Positions 26,950 through 40,549 of a DNA stretch of 64,000 nt are shown here, piece by piece. Below the pieces are notes generated by a model, which did no database searches, was not told where the DNA came from, and saw only the letters and a program-made list of their open reading frames with translations. The stretch is taken from contig CM120642.1 of NCBI GenBank assembly GCA_051362555.1, forward strand, positions 2,790,001 to 2,854,000. Reading direction: 5' to 3'. Every line of letters begins with the position of its first letter. Position 1 is the stretch's first letter. This DNA is from Lingula anatina (taxonomy: Eukaryota > Animalia > Brachiopoda). Position numbers and translations under genes: made by a program.

Positions 26950-27622
26950 TTTCTACTGCTTTCTTAGACAAAATTCCTGGTGAACAGTCACATGATTATC
27001 ACTGAGAAGTTAACCCCACCTCTTGTAGATTCTCGCACATTTTCTAGTCTTATATGGCATCGCACAGTGCCAAAAGCCACAATTCATTTTCTGTTACCTT
27101 GGAGGATTTCCATTTGGGAGTCTTCTTAACATCATGAGGAAACACAAGAGGTCATCAACCTTTTCTACTAGTTGTGATTCCCATTGCACCATTAACCTAT
27201 CTTGGTTAATTACATCCAGAGATTAACAACCATAACAGCAAAAACCCAATCAAGCTGCCATTATGAGACTTCACTCATGCCAAATATTCTACTCTAAGCA
27301 ATAACTCTGTGTACAATAAACATACATATCAACTAATTTAAACCTTAATCAATGTAGATATATCTATCAACTAATTTAGTAAACCTAAGAAACCTATATA
27401 ATGTTAATTTAAAACAGTAATAAATGTCACTACTTCTCTGGAAGTCTACTTAATCCACTTAATGAACAGGCAAAACTTAATGCATGCCCTGATGTTATCC
27501 ATTAAATTTAATTAAATAAAAATTAACAGTTATTTGACAAATGTGAAACATCTCCACTGGTATTTCAATAACAGAAAAACATCACATATCAAGGTGTATG
27601 TCAGCATAAATCAGACTCTTAA

Positions 27623-27998
27623 AGGGATAATAACTGTTCGTTTTGGCCAAAAAATGAATTTTCCCAGAGTAGACAACAATTTTCCCATAGTTACCAATGG
27701 TTAAAGAATCCAAGTCTACATTCAAAGTTAGTCCCTCGTTTTTTTTTTTTTTTTTTTTTTTGTTTTTTTTTTGTTTTTTTTTTCTAAAATGTTTGGTTTT
27801 TTTGTTATAACCTCTTAAGAGATTATTAAGAGTACAGCCATCTATGGTGGTCATGTGGTCTGATGACAAGCTCAGATATCAGAATAATAGTTATAACAGC
27901 TGCTTTTGTGGTAAAACAGATTATATTATATTTCTATGAATTGTTTACAATGTTTTTGATTGTGAAATATAGATCTCATATGAAGAGTTATTATCCCT
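27623..27998. mobile_element. Kolobok-like MITE with TTAA TSD and an expanded poly-T
   Basis: ttaa|agggataataact ... agttattatccct|ttaa. Confidence 0.85.
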
Positions 27999-28249
27999 TT
28001 AAATACAATTCTTAGACTGCAATTACATAAAAAAAATAATGAGTCATACCCTCCCTACCTTTTAAATGAACTCCACATTTCAAAAGCAGTCAACTAAAGA
28101 TTATTATTAAGGTACAACCCTAACATATATATTACAATTTATAATTTTTTTTTCAAATCTTACTTATCAGTTGCAGACAGTTTTATGAAAAAACAGCCAC
28201 ACCCGTGAGCAATAATTTAAAACTAAGAAATATTGTCCAACCTCACAAA

Positions 28250-28484
28250 GACCCCATTCCCATACCTAGAATGATCTAGCAGGATCGACTCATCTCCGAG
28301 AGATTTCTCACTAAATTACATTCAGCTTAAGCGGCTCTGATGTCTGGCATGTCTACTGAAGTTGTTAAGGGGTAATTAACTATGGTTTAGCAGCTGCTAT
28401 AGGCATGCGAGACATCTAATCTGAATGCAATTTAATGAGAACCCCCTCTCCCTGCTAGATCGATCTAGGTATGGGAATGGGGTC
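28250..28484. mobile_element. Harbinger-type MITE
   Basis: TIRs gaccccattcccatacctaga / tctaggtatgggaatggggtc. Confidence 0.8.
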
Positions 28485-31400
28485 TAAAATGCATGGAGAC
28501 TGCCATGTTTTTTTTTTGTTTTTTTTTCAATTTTTAGAGTTCATGTTTGAAAATATTCTAACAAATATATATGTCACCATGAATAAAAGTACTTTCCCTA
28601 CCCAAGAATATTTTCAGAGAATTAATATCAAGAAAAATGGTGGCATATGGAGACATTATCAGGGGCTAAATATCCCAACAGCCCAATTTCAGTCAAAGAT
28701 TCCATTATATCTCCTCCTTAAGCTTCTTCTTCATTTTTTCAATCCATTTACAAAGCAGATAATGTCTCCACATCTCATATATTTCATAAAAGCTCAATTT
28801 TTGCTCTCCATCATCCAATCAATATGGGACCCACTGCTGGTCTATCTGATGAGAAAATTCTGTGTCGACACTGTACATCTAATGATGTATACTGCTACTG
28901 TACGTGCTGATGAGATATCAATCAAAATACTGCCATAACATGAATAGTACTTGAACGATTTCCAAAGATAAAACATTCAATTTTGTCATTAGTCTGAAAT
29001 AATTAGAAGAGGGTAGGGGCTCCTTGATGTCATGTAGCTATAGAGCATAGAGAAGATATTCAATTTTTGTTGCTTGGGTGCTTATAATTACCTCTTTAAT
29101 TAATGAAATAAGCAATAACATCATATCAAGGTCTAGTCAAAAGTTTCTGAATGTGTATACATTTTAAAAACTTTAAATTAATTAGCTGTCTTAAAACATG
29201 GGACAGCTTTAGGAACTCTGAGCTCAGAGATAACTTGAAACAAACCTGTATACTACAGCATACCTTGGAGTTATAATTAAAGATACATATGAACTGAGCA
29301 TTGGTGGAGAGTGGATTCCCAGTAACCCATATAAACCACTTCTACTAGTTTCTTATATGACTCAAATAAAGTCAACATGCCCAGGGATAAACTGAATAAA
29401 TCATTTAATCAGCCATAAAAGAGCCTTAGAATGCTGTTTTCTTTAAATTTTTGGTCAGAAATTTAACCTACTTATGTGACCTCCTTCTCTGCCGTATACA
29501 GCATAGAAAGCTAGCAGAAAAACCTCTTCAAATATCATTTTGCGGGTAATATTAAACAATCTTTTGGTAATTCTCTTAGTTATACTATTTGAAACTTTAT
29601 GCTGGCATTTGTTTGGTTTTTGTGGGAAAAAAATTGACTTCATATGCATCTTTAACCTCTGACCAGATTTGTAAGGACTGGCTGCCAGACATTCAAATTT
29701 AAAGCCCACTCCAATGAATCAATGAAAGATCTGGCCAATAAACATGATAGAGTCATAGCACGGATTTGTTCAAATCCAGACCAAACTAAGATTACAGAGA
29801 TATATTGTGCTGCACCATTAAACACACCCATGTGGCGCTCTAGTCTCACTGGACATATTTCTAGACTTTTATCCAAGCAGCGTTTTTACTAATTTGGTGA
29901 AATATCTTGAAAAACATGGTTTTGATTGGCTTATTAAACTAGGTCAAAATGAATCTGGTCAAAGGAAAATTGAAAGGGTGTGGTTTAGTGTAGAGGTTTG
30001 TTCTTAGTTAGCTCTGAAGCTCAGGGTGAATTTAGGTGACTCCCTTGTCTAATAGTCAGGCTACCAATATTGTCCATCTCTCGAAGTGTATGGCTTAAAA
30101 AAATCTCTCACTTGAGTATACTGCTCGCTGTTAAAAGGGTCTAAAACTCAACTAAAATAGATGTGATCTAATCAGCACATGAAAAAGCATTTCTATATGT
30201 TACATCTGGAAATGTTCTTTTATTCTGCAGTTAATACCTAACACTAAACTAGTTCGTAGACAGAGGGTTTAGGAGGGTTTGGGGGGGGGGGAGGCAGTGA
30301 ATGGACTGCTCTTTTGGCCAGGAGGTCCATGCTGAACAAACTTGAACCTAGGTTTTATGCCATTATGGTAAAAAGGTCCATTTTTTTAGAAAAAGACCCC
30401 CTCCCTCTCAAATTGCTGGCTACAGGCCAGCTTATATAACTATAACATTAAATGTATAATGTTTATTATATATATAGCGATGCAATGATTGGCCTTATTT
30501 GTCAAGCACCATGACCAAACTCAAAGCTTTCTGTAGTCCATAATTCCAACCATGTTTTTTTCCAGCAAGATCAGACTTCAATTTTTTTGAAAAGAAAGGG
30601 GGCACCAATCAATTCAACTAAATTTAGACAAAAATTGGCATCCAATACCAATCATCAAAGTATCTTTCCTTTTTACAGACATCATAACATGATAAAGTCA
30701 TCTACAACCCTGACTAATCGGTCACAACATAGCTTAAGGTACCAGAAATAGGACTAAATATTTTTTCTCACAGTTGAAAAAAATCTAGAAATTACTTTAG
30801 ATCAGTGATTTTTCATCTATGTTTCATTTCCCCAACTACAGCAGTACTGTGAGAGTGGTTTTCATCCTTTGGCTTTATGACATTCAATATATTAGGGCTG
30901 TTCAGTCTGCGAGATGTGAAATGATTGTATATATCTCCCCCCAGAGAACGTGAGGCATATTTCCAACCAAGTAATAGGTAGTTTGGCTCATAAGATTTGA
31001 TGCCAATATATAATCAGTTTTGAACTTCTTTCTCTCCTGTCAGAAAACTACCCAGGACAAAGGCAAGATATTTTTGTATGCCATGTTGTTCAATACAGTT
31101 TTTAGCATGCAAATCTCAGTCAAAACTTTTCATCTATAATGAGTCCATCTTTTCATGGGAAAAACTATGATTTTCCTTAATAAAAAGATCAAGTCATTTA
31201 AGTCAGTGGTCAGTAGAGACTCATCAAATGTTGACTGCACCCAATATCACATAGGAACCAATTCAAGCCAAATTTTAACTGGCTCTGATTAACATGAATG
31301 CAGCCAAATAATTGTTTCGTATATAAATTTGATACAGTCATTATTTGGGGTGCGGGGGGAGGTTGAGATCTGCCATTACCTGCATCTTAAAGAAGTTCTC

Positions 31401-32184
31401 AAATGTTAGGAGCATCATATATTCCTGTTAGAAATGATTAGAGATAACAGACTCTAACAGCAAGATATTCCTTTTTCCCACCCTTTACCTTACAATTCAA
31501 AATGATGGATAGAATTCCACATGTAGCATTATTGCTGGTTATCTAGAAAATGCCATTTAAGCTATCTTAATTGATAATCAACTGAGGCTTATCCACCATG
31601 TAAAAGATCTAAAACCTATAAAATCTCTGTCAATCATACTTATCTTAATCATTAGAAAGTGCTAAGCTGCCAACTTCACAGTTTCTTGTGACAAGGAAAT
31701 AACAATTAATCAATTTATTAACACTGAATGCATTGGCTTTGATGATTATCTTTGAAACTGATAATTTTGTCCCATAAAATATATCTGATAGTGTATCAGT
31801 AAGCAGCCAAAAAACTTTAAAAAAAAAGAAGCTATCCGACTGCCAGCGCTTGCCACTCATCTGAAAAAGTTGCTCATCCTTATAGTTACGGTGAAATTGT
31901 AGGAAATCGGATAAAATTTAACAAAGCCCCAAAATGAGATGATGTGGGATAATGCACTTGCTGACATCTGCAACTGTATTTTAATCAAGGTAATCATCTT
32001 TCTTTCCAAAAACCAGGAAGTGAAAGTGATCACAGCGCAATTACATTAAATTTTGCATCCTGCAATGGGAAATCAAGTAACAGTATGAGGTATAATATTT
32101 GTGAGGTCATCCAGTGCCACGTTAGGTCAACCAGTGCCATCAAAAACTATTTAAAAACACAGACTAGTTGGAATTCTAAATTAA

Positions 32185-34586
32185 ACTAGAGGATCAGAGA
32201 GGCGATACCGCCTCCAAATATTGTACCACCAGCTGGAGCAAACGCATTCCTATAGACCCCCACATACACAAAACTAGAGGATCAGAGAGGCGATACCGCC
32301 TCTGGATATTGTACCACCAGCTGGAGTAAGCACATTCGTAAGGACACCCCCCCAAAAAAAATAATAAAAAAAAATTGGACACCACCACCAGTCTTGTGCT
32401 TGACAAGCTCTATAAAATGCAATAAACAAGAGTTCTCAAAATATGCACAAAAAAAAAAAAAAAAAAAAAAAATCAAAAAAACATAACAGTTAAAATGGTC
32501 CAATCAAGGAGATGTTCAAATTGACCTATATTTTCCTAACACTGATCACTCCTGTGATTTTCTAGACAATAGGCCTATTGGTTTTCCTTGAAATGCATTA
32601 TCAGTATTGCATATACCGGTATGCTGACAAAAGAGAAAACCTAGGGACAACACTGAGCAGATCTCTGCTAGTTTTGAAGATATGAAGGGCACGAAAATAT
32701 GCAGAGTTCAGTTTGTGGTAAAAAGGTAGGTCAAAGGTCAATTTCAAGGCCACAGTATATGACTTCCTATAAAGGTTCAATAGTAGCTATGGGCATTTCT
32801 TTACCAATGTTGGAGATATGAAGGCCAGGAAACATGCAAAGTGCAGTTCAACATAAATAGTAGGTCAAAGGTCAATTTCAAGGTCACAGTAAGATTGCCA
32901 GTTTATGACTTTCTATTCAAGTTCAATAGTAACTTTGGACCTATCTCTGCCAGTTTTCGAGATATAAGGGATAGAAAATTTGCAAAGTTCAGTTCATGTT
33001 GAAAAGTAGGTCAAAGGTCAATTTCAAGGTCACAATAAGAATGCCAGTATATGACTTCCTATTCATGTTTAACAGTAACTATGGGTGTATCTCTGCCAGT
33101 TTTGGAGATATAAGGGCTGGAAAATTTGCAAAGTTCAGTTCATGGTGAAAAGTAGGTCAAATGTCAATTTAAAGGTCACAGTTAGATTAACAGTATATAA
33201 CTTCCTATTCAAGTTCAATAGTAACTATGGGCGTATCTTTGCCAGTTTTGGAGATATAAAGATCAGAAAACTTCAAAGTGCAGTTCATCATGAAATGTAG
33301 GTCAAAGGTCAATTTCAAGGTCACAGTTAGATTACCAGTATATGACTTCTTGCTCAAGTTCAATAGTAACTATGGGCATATCTCTGCTAATTTTGGAATA
33401 TTTATCATTTTCCCCACTGAATATTGCAATGTTGTAATTTTTGATATAGCGCAATGCCTAAACCATATCGAAAACAAAAAAATGGACACCACCTCCAGTA
33501 TTGCACTTGACAAGTTCTACAAAATGCGATGAACAAAAGGTTTCTGGCATTTACCATTCCAGAATAAAAACAAGTTTTCAGTTTCGGGATCTAATGGCTG
33601 CTTCTCCCGTGAAAATGCACCGATTGACCCCAAACTCCCAAAGATGAAAGGAGTCCCCAATTGTAACCCCTCACTGTAACAGGAGAGCTTAGATCTGTGT
33701 AGTTTCCAAAAAATAGCACAAACAAATATTTTTTTGCAGAAAATTCCCATTTTTTAGAAAATTTTGGCTTGTTTGACCTTGAAAAAAAGGTCAAAAGTCA
33801 AATCCAAGGGCATATTTGGAATCTCCACATATGAGTTTCGGTCAGACTTCTGTAGTAATTTTTCCCATAATTCCTTTGGTTTGGGAGATATTTAGCCTTG
33901 AATTTTCAAAAATTTTGACAAGGGTGCGTTTCAACAAGTGTCACGCCCAGGCCAATGCACCGACAGAGATAAAAAAAAAAGGGTGTTCAAGTTGAGATTA
34001 TATGTGACCTAAATCCAAGAGATGGGGACACAGGTCCTGGCGGTCTAGGAGGAGAAGCGGTAACGGTGACTTGTTTCCGGCGCCCGACTGCGGAGCCGCA
34101 GGAGCCGGCGGAGCCGCAGGAGCCGGCGGAGCTGTACGAGACGGGTCGGGACTAAAACCATGAGTACCGCCAGCGTATACGCTGGTGGTACTAATAAGGG
34201 TCACAGCCACAAGTCTTCTGCTTGACAAGCTGTAAAAATGCAATCAACAAGAATTTTGGAAAGCCGTCTGTAGAAATTTTTCCCATAATTCCTTCCGTAG
34301 GGTAGATAATTAGCATTTAATTTTGCCATTTTTAGACAAGGGTGCATTGCAATGAGTGCCACACCTAGACCCCAAAACCGACAAAGCCCAAATTTTACGT
34401 GGAACGAGTTGAGATTGTAGGTGACCTCAATCCAAGAGATGGGTACGGGGGCCCTTACCATCTAGGAGGAGAAGCGGTAACGGTAGCCGTCCGGCGGAGC
34501 CGGCGGAGCTGGCGGAGCCGGCAGAACGATCCGGACGGGACTAAAACCATGTGTACCGCCAGCGCTAACGCTGGTGGTACAATTAA
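32185..34586 (-). mobile_element. Composite non-autonomous Helentron/HINE (DINE-1-like) element with duplicated 5' and 3' ends
   Basis: Sub-TIRs attgtaccaccagc / gctggtggtacaat; 5' hairpin gtaccgccagcg-N4-cgctggtggtac; 9-bp ggagccg(g/c) microsatellite; central tandem repeats; 3' hairpin gaggcg-gtat-cgcctc followed by CTAG; T-rich insertion sites; no TSD. Confidence 0.75.
32660..33400. repeat. ~146-bp tandem repeat, ~5 units, inside the HINE
   Basis: The aggtcaaa(g/t)gtcaattt anchor occurs at 32728, 32862, 33008, 33154, 33299 (spacing 134/146/146/145). Confidence 0.92.
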
Positions 34587-36059
34587 TAACTCTTGTTCAG
34601 TTTTTTAAGGATCAATGTGACATGATTTACGGCAATCATGAAACAACCAATTGGTTTTTCTCTGTTTTTTGTCTGTGTGCCTACACATTAATTGGGTTAG
34701 CAATTTCTGAACATCCTTCTTTCAAGACAAATAGTTATGATACACAAAATGAGACCAAACTTTTTAATTTTCTTCAATGAAAAAAAAAAAGAGCCAATTT
34801 CCTGAGACACAAGGCACGTATCAAAATAATGAAAAACGACCAGAAACTAAAGGCCACAAAGACAAATAAATAACAAAAATTGATGTACATTCTGGACATA
34901 AATGATGCAAGTTCTGAGTTTTTTTTTCTTTCATCCAACAGAATCCTTCAGTATAGGATTGAATTAATGAAACACGCTGTCAGTTTGTTCTTGACGTATT
35001 GTTAGGACAAGTGGCACTGAGGCATGAAAGGACATGGCAAGTTGTTTGCCAACTAAATCATTTAACTGACATCATGCAAATTTCCGACAGAAATAACATT
35101 TGGAATAAAAACAATTTTCATTCAGATGATTGCTCCCCTGAATTTTTAAATTCATAAATGGTACTTTTCTTTGTTTGTCTGTTATTAATTCATTTATTTA
35201 TGTATTTATTTATTTATTGTGAAAAGTTAAAAGTTGTTAATAAAACATTTAACAGAAGACTGTTATCATACTGAGCATTTCAGTTTTGAAAAAGCAAAAA
35301 TCAATAAATAGGATTAAAATAATCTACAAATATGCTTAAACATGAGAACTAATGTGAAAAATCTATACTAACACACATAAACCAGTTAAATGAGACCAAA
35401 TCCTTTTCAGCCAAATTCCAGTACTTTTACGGACTATATGTGAACCATCAGGGCAATACTTCCTCAGTTCCTTACAGCTATCCCAAATGACTGATAACAT
35501 TTCACTTTGATTATATCGTGATCTGTTAGTAGGTGTGCTGCAATTGTATCTTCTTTGTGGGTGGTTATGGTTTGGTTTTGAAAAGCATGCACACGCCATC
35601 AAAGTAATACATTTTTAGAATCCAATTTGCTTGAAAGTGTGTAGTTTTTGTAGCACCATGTGCAGTTGGGCACATTAATCTTTACACCATTGAAGTAACC
35701 CATTTCATTAGCCCAATGGAACATTCAGTAGTGCAAAACAAACCCTTAAGTCATTTTGTTTGCTATAACTGTGTTCAAAATGCTTCCTTTTCTTTGCTGG
35801 CCATCTGGGTCTGACTTTGTTCATCTCAAAAGTAACTGTCTTGCCTTAAAATCCATTAGCTCACAAATGCCATTATTATAGCTTCTGTATTGACGTATCT
35901 TTGACGTGCTGCTTTTTCTTAAAGTAATACTTATATAATTTGCACAACTACACTATTCATCCCCTTCAACAAAAAGAAATAGAGATAAAATGACAATCGA
36001 ATCACACTTCATTTGATTCAAGTTCTAATGGAACTAGAACTATAAAAGCAATGCACACA

Positions 36060-36202
36060 CACCAACCTGGACATTGTGAACACATGCCAGGACAATGTGG
36101 ACACCAACCTGGACAATGTGGGCACCAACCTGGACAATGTGGGTACCAACCTGGACAATGTGGGCACCAACCTGGACAATGTGGGCACCAACCTGGACAA
36201 TG
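36060..36202. repeat. 21-bp minisatellite (caccaacctggacaatgtggg), ~7 copies
   Basis: Read directly. Confidence 0.95.
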
Positions 36203-36752
36203 AACCTTTGGAAATACAGAGCCTCTGAATGGCCTAGGGACATGGATTGATGACAGTTGTTAAACAGTGGCATTTGCCATTCCACTTGGATATATTAATT
36301 GCAAACATAACTTTGAATTGCATAGGCAGAATTTAAGGGGTGTCTGGGGGATTGTGGACAAATAAAAAACATTGCTGGCGAGTGCAAATCATAAATCTAA
36401 TATGATTAACATTATCCTCAGAAACAATTTTCCTGGAATTCCTGCTGATCTTTTTAATGACATTATAGATATTACATGTTCAGAATGTCATTTCAAGTTA
36501 TGCAGTATTCTCAGGACAGGCATTCCATAAATTCTTTAGAGCTTTGTTAAGCAATATTAACTCCTGGAGTACCTGCAACTTTTTCTCAAAACAGAAAGAT
36601 AAGTGTAAAACAGGAGTGACACAAAAAACATGGTGAAAAGTAAGGGCAATTTGGTTAAAAGAGCATTTTTTGTACAATGGTTTTGCCACTTTGCTTTAAA
36701 AAATGTGTTACATTTATTATGCTCTCCTTAGGTGAACAAGGACACTGATTAA

Positions 36753-38808
36753 ACTAGAGGATCAGAGAGGCGATACCTCCTGGTATTGTACCACCAGCTG
36801 GAGTAAGAGCATTCATATGGGAAGGAAAAAGAAGGGGGAGGGGTTGTCTCACTAGTTGACGATCTTTCCCAAACAAAAGCCATTGAATGAATATACGATT
36901 GCAACGATCCCCCACTGAGGATACGAAAATTACGTTCTTCCTTGCTCTTTGGCCAACGAAGACTCAAATATGAAAATGGCGTCCACATCTCTTTCACATT
37001 GGGAATGAACTTTCGCTAACAATTTGAAAGTTGTCTTTTTTGTCTGCCAGTTTTAGAGATAAAATGGAAAAAAATTTGCAAAGTTCAGTTCATGGTGAAA
37101 AGTAGGTCAAAGGTCAATTTCAAGGTCACATTTAGATTGCCAGTGTATGACTTCCTATTCAAGTTCAATAGTAACTATGGACCTATCTCTGCCAGTTTTG
37201 GAGATAAAAGGGCAGCAAAATTTGCAAAGTTCAGTTCATGGTGAAAAGTAGGTCAAAGGTCAATTTCAAGGTCACACTTAGATTGCCAGTGTATGACTTC
37301 CTATCCAAGTTCAATAGTAAAACTGAACTTTGCAACTTTTTTATGCTTTTATTTCCAAAACTGACAAGATACGCCCATAGTTACTATTGAATTTGAATAG
37401 GAAGTCATATACTGGCAATCTAAGTGTGACCTTGAAATATACGTTTGACCTACTTTTTATCATGAATTGAAGTTTACAAATTTTGGTTCCCTTTTATCTC
37501 CAAAACTGGCAGAGATAGGTCCATAGTTGCTATTGAACTTGAATAGGAAGTCATATACTGGAAATTTACTGTGACCTTGAAATTGACCTTTGACCTACCT
37601 TACTATGAATTGAACTTTGATTGTACCATTTTTAGTTATATATATATATTTTTTTTTTTTGCATATTTTGAGAATTCTTGTTGATTGCATTTTTTACAGC
37701 TTGTCAAGCACAAGACTGGTGGTGGTGTCCCTTTTTTGTGTGTGTGTGGGTCTATACGATCGCTCTTACCCCAGCTGGTGGTACAATATTCGGAGGCAGT
37801 ATCGCCTCTCTGATCCTCTAGTTTTTCCAGAGTTCAAAATTTTTTATCCATTGCTAGTCAGGCGGTTAAGTCCAAATTATATCCAGAATTGTGCAAAAGA
37901 TGATAAAAGCATGAAACTTTCCACGATGAATATTTAAGAAAGCCGCTCATCCGAGTACTAATGAATTTTGGAGTTGCCCCCCGATCCAAAATAGACAAAC
38001 ACCCAATGGTCATTCATCGTGGAAAGTTTCATGCTTTTATCATCTATTGCACAATTTTTTGGCTTAGCCGCCTCACTATAGCGTACTGCACATTTTGCTT
38101 TCTCCACCAATATGTACTTTTTGATAGCGTAACTCGAAAACCTACCAGTGTTGGGCTTTTCATGCTCTACAAAATGCAAAAAAAGAATGGGTCTCTAGCA
38201 TTAACGGTCCCCGAATTAGAGACAGTTTTCAGTTTCGGCATCTTATGGCCGCTACTCCCATGAAAATGCACCGATTGACCCCAAATTCACGGAGATGAAA
38301 GATTACCCGAAGGGTAACACTTTCCAATAATATTATTGGTTAAGTCTGTGTGGTGTCTGAATAACAGGGCAAAAAAATTTTTTTTCGTAAAAAATTTTAT
38401 TTTTTTGAAAATTTTGGCCCGTTTGACCTTGAAATAAAGGTCAAAGGTCAAATCCAAGGGCATATTTGAAATATACACATATGACTTTTGGAAAGCCGTC
38501 TGTAGAAATTTTTCCCATAATTCCTTCCGTAGGGTAGATAATTAGCATTTAATTTTGCCATTTTTGGACAAGGGTGCATTGCAATGAGTGCCACACCCAG
38601 ACCCCAATACCGACAAAGCCCAAATTTTACGTGGAACGAGTTGAGATTATAGGTGACCTAAATCCAAGAGATGGGTATGGCGGCCCTTACCGTCTAGGAG
38701 GAGAAGCGGTAACGGTAACTTGTAGGCGGAGCCGCAGGAGCCAGCGGAACGATCCGGTCGGGACTGAAACCATGTGTACCGCCAGCGCTAACGCTGGTGG
38801 TACAATTA
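36753..38808. mobile_element. Second composite HINE of the same family, with an internal inversion at 37320/37321 and a nested MITE
   Basis: 3' end at 36753; forward 146-147-bp units 37043-37320; reversed units 37321-37617; inverted 3' end finishing at 37821; 5' portion 38080-38808 near-identical to parts of 33440-34586. Confidence 0.75.
37856..38078. mobile_element. Palindromic MITE nested in the second HINE
   Basis: tagtcaggcggttaag.ccaaa...aattgtgcaa.agatgataaaagcatgaaactttccacgatgaat, with its reverse complement at 38012-38078. Confidence 0.8.
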
Positions 38809-39217
38809 GCTTTTTCACCATTGATTCTACAATATATCAATCTTTGTTTGACACCTCCATGCATCTATATTTAACACCATTATGACCAAGAAAGGTATCT
38901 TCTTAACAAATACACAATACATCTTTGAGTGGCAATCTTGGTGAAACTAGTTCATCTTACCATAAAAAATTGCACAAATAATCTGAAAATGTCCTGAAAA
39001 CAGTGAGATCCCATTCATCTCAACATTTTATCCATTTTGTGCACCAAATCTTACTATCTGCCCTGAAACCAACAAAAAACAAAAATATTTTTCCTGGTGA
39101 CAGATTGGCAAAACAATGTCCAAATAAGGAGGAAAACTTCTGTAATGTATACCAATTTGAATTATGGCAGAATGGAGAGGTGAATATCAGCGACAGAGCT
39201 TGCATCAAATAGTCTAA

Positions 39218-39496
39218 GGGGGCATTCCCATAACCCTAACATACTAGCTGGATTGATCTAAATTCGCAGGGATTCTCACTAAATTGCATTTAGTTAAAGT
39301 GGCTTAAATATCTGGCACACCCTCAGGTAACTTAAAATACTTGGGTAAAGTTGGGAAAACTTTGTGGTCTCTGATGCTGTTCATGTTGATTTGCATACCA
39401 GACAATTGAGCTGATTACATTGACTGCGTGTTAGCAAGAAGCCCTGCTGAGGTAGTTTGATCCTGCTAGTACAGTAAGGTTATGGGAACACAGTCT
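39218..39496. mobile_element. Degenerate Harbinger-type MITE
   Basis: ttcccataacc..tactagc.ggat pairs with atcctgctagta..ggttatgggaa. Confidence 0.6.
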
Positions 39497-40460
39497 ACGT
39501 AATCTTTTATATTAATCTTGCCGTAGAGCTGTCAACCCATGCAAACTGATCATTTCACTTCTGCCCCAAGCTTGTATGCTGTATAATGAAGACAAGTTTA
39601 TGGCATTGAAAATGAGACAAAAGACTTGATTTAACGTTGCAAAAATAATAATCAATATGAACTTCCAGTGCTTCATTTTCAATAATACACCCGTACATTG
39701 TGATAGGGGCATGCCATAAATCATTGCAATATCAGAGATAATGGTCAGATACATGGTACTTCTGGAGGCTGTAAGCCCGAATTAATAACTCCCAATGTAA
39801 ACTGGCGTCTTACCCCACTGAATTATCACCTAAGTTATCGAGAAACTTATAAATTGCACTGAAACAGAAATACTGCTGAGTGAAACATTTATAAGTTTTA
39901 ACAACCGATCAATCATACAGAAAACCAAAATGGCTGACTTCATGAAAACATCTATTTCAACAAAGAATTTCAAAGGAAAATCCTGCATAGAAAACCTTTA
40001 AAATGCATTCAAATTTGCTTTTGATTAGGCCATTTTAGTTCTACCTGACATACTTTCTACAGATTCAAACAGCTCAATTAAATTGCTTTTGAGTTGGTTA
40101 TTTTAAATCATCAATGCCTTGATTCTATTTTGACAAAGAGGACATGGCCTGTACAATTCAGCTCATTTTATTAATCACTTCTATACTTTTCCAAGAGTTA
40201 TACCAATCCTATATTGCAAATTCATGCTTTTTTCAGCCACTGAAAACATCAGTTAAACTGCATATTTTTTATGCATAAATTTTCAATTTTTAGTTTGTGT
40301 AGACTAGCCCTTCAGAAAATCGATGAAAAATGGCTTATTTTCAAATGTGAATGGGCATTGTAGAAAAACCCCAATCTATTTGTAGTTTATCCATTAGAGC
40401 TTTTGGAGACACCAAGTCAAAAATAAGTTAAGCATGTAGATAAGATACAAGCATAAGCTG

Positions 40461-40549
40461 ATTAAGGAATATTTCCACCAAATTAAAAATATCTAATTTC
40501 TTTGAATTAAGGAATATTTCCACCAAATTAAAAATATCTAATTTCTTTG
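40461..40549. repeat. 45-bp tandem duplication
   Basis: attaaggaatatttccaccaaattaaaaatatctaatttctttg x2. Confidence 0.9.

Noticed and set aside
28471-28938. 155-aa plus-strand ORF
   Set aside because: Starts inside a MITE TIR, has AT-biased composition and no recognisable domain.
32660-33532. 146-bp array as a CRISPR or coding repeat
   Set aside because: Whole units are homologous, there are no spacers or cas genes, and the ORFs are repeat artefacts.
36018-36285. ORFs (SRLVPTL)n and (VQVGAHI)n
   Set aside because: Translations of a 21-bp minisatellite.
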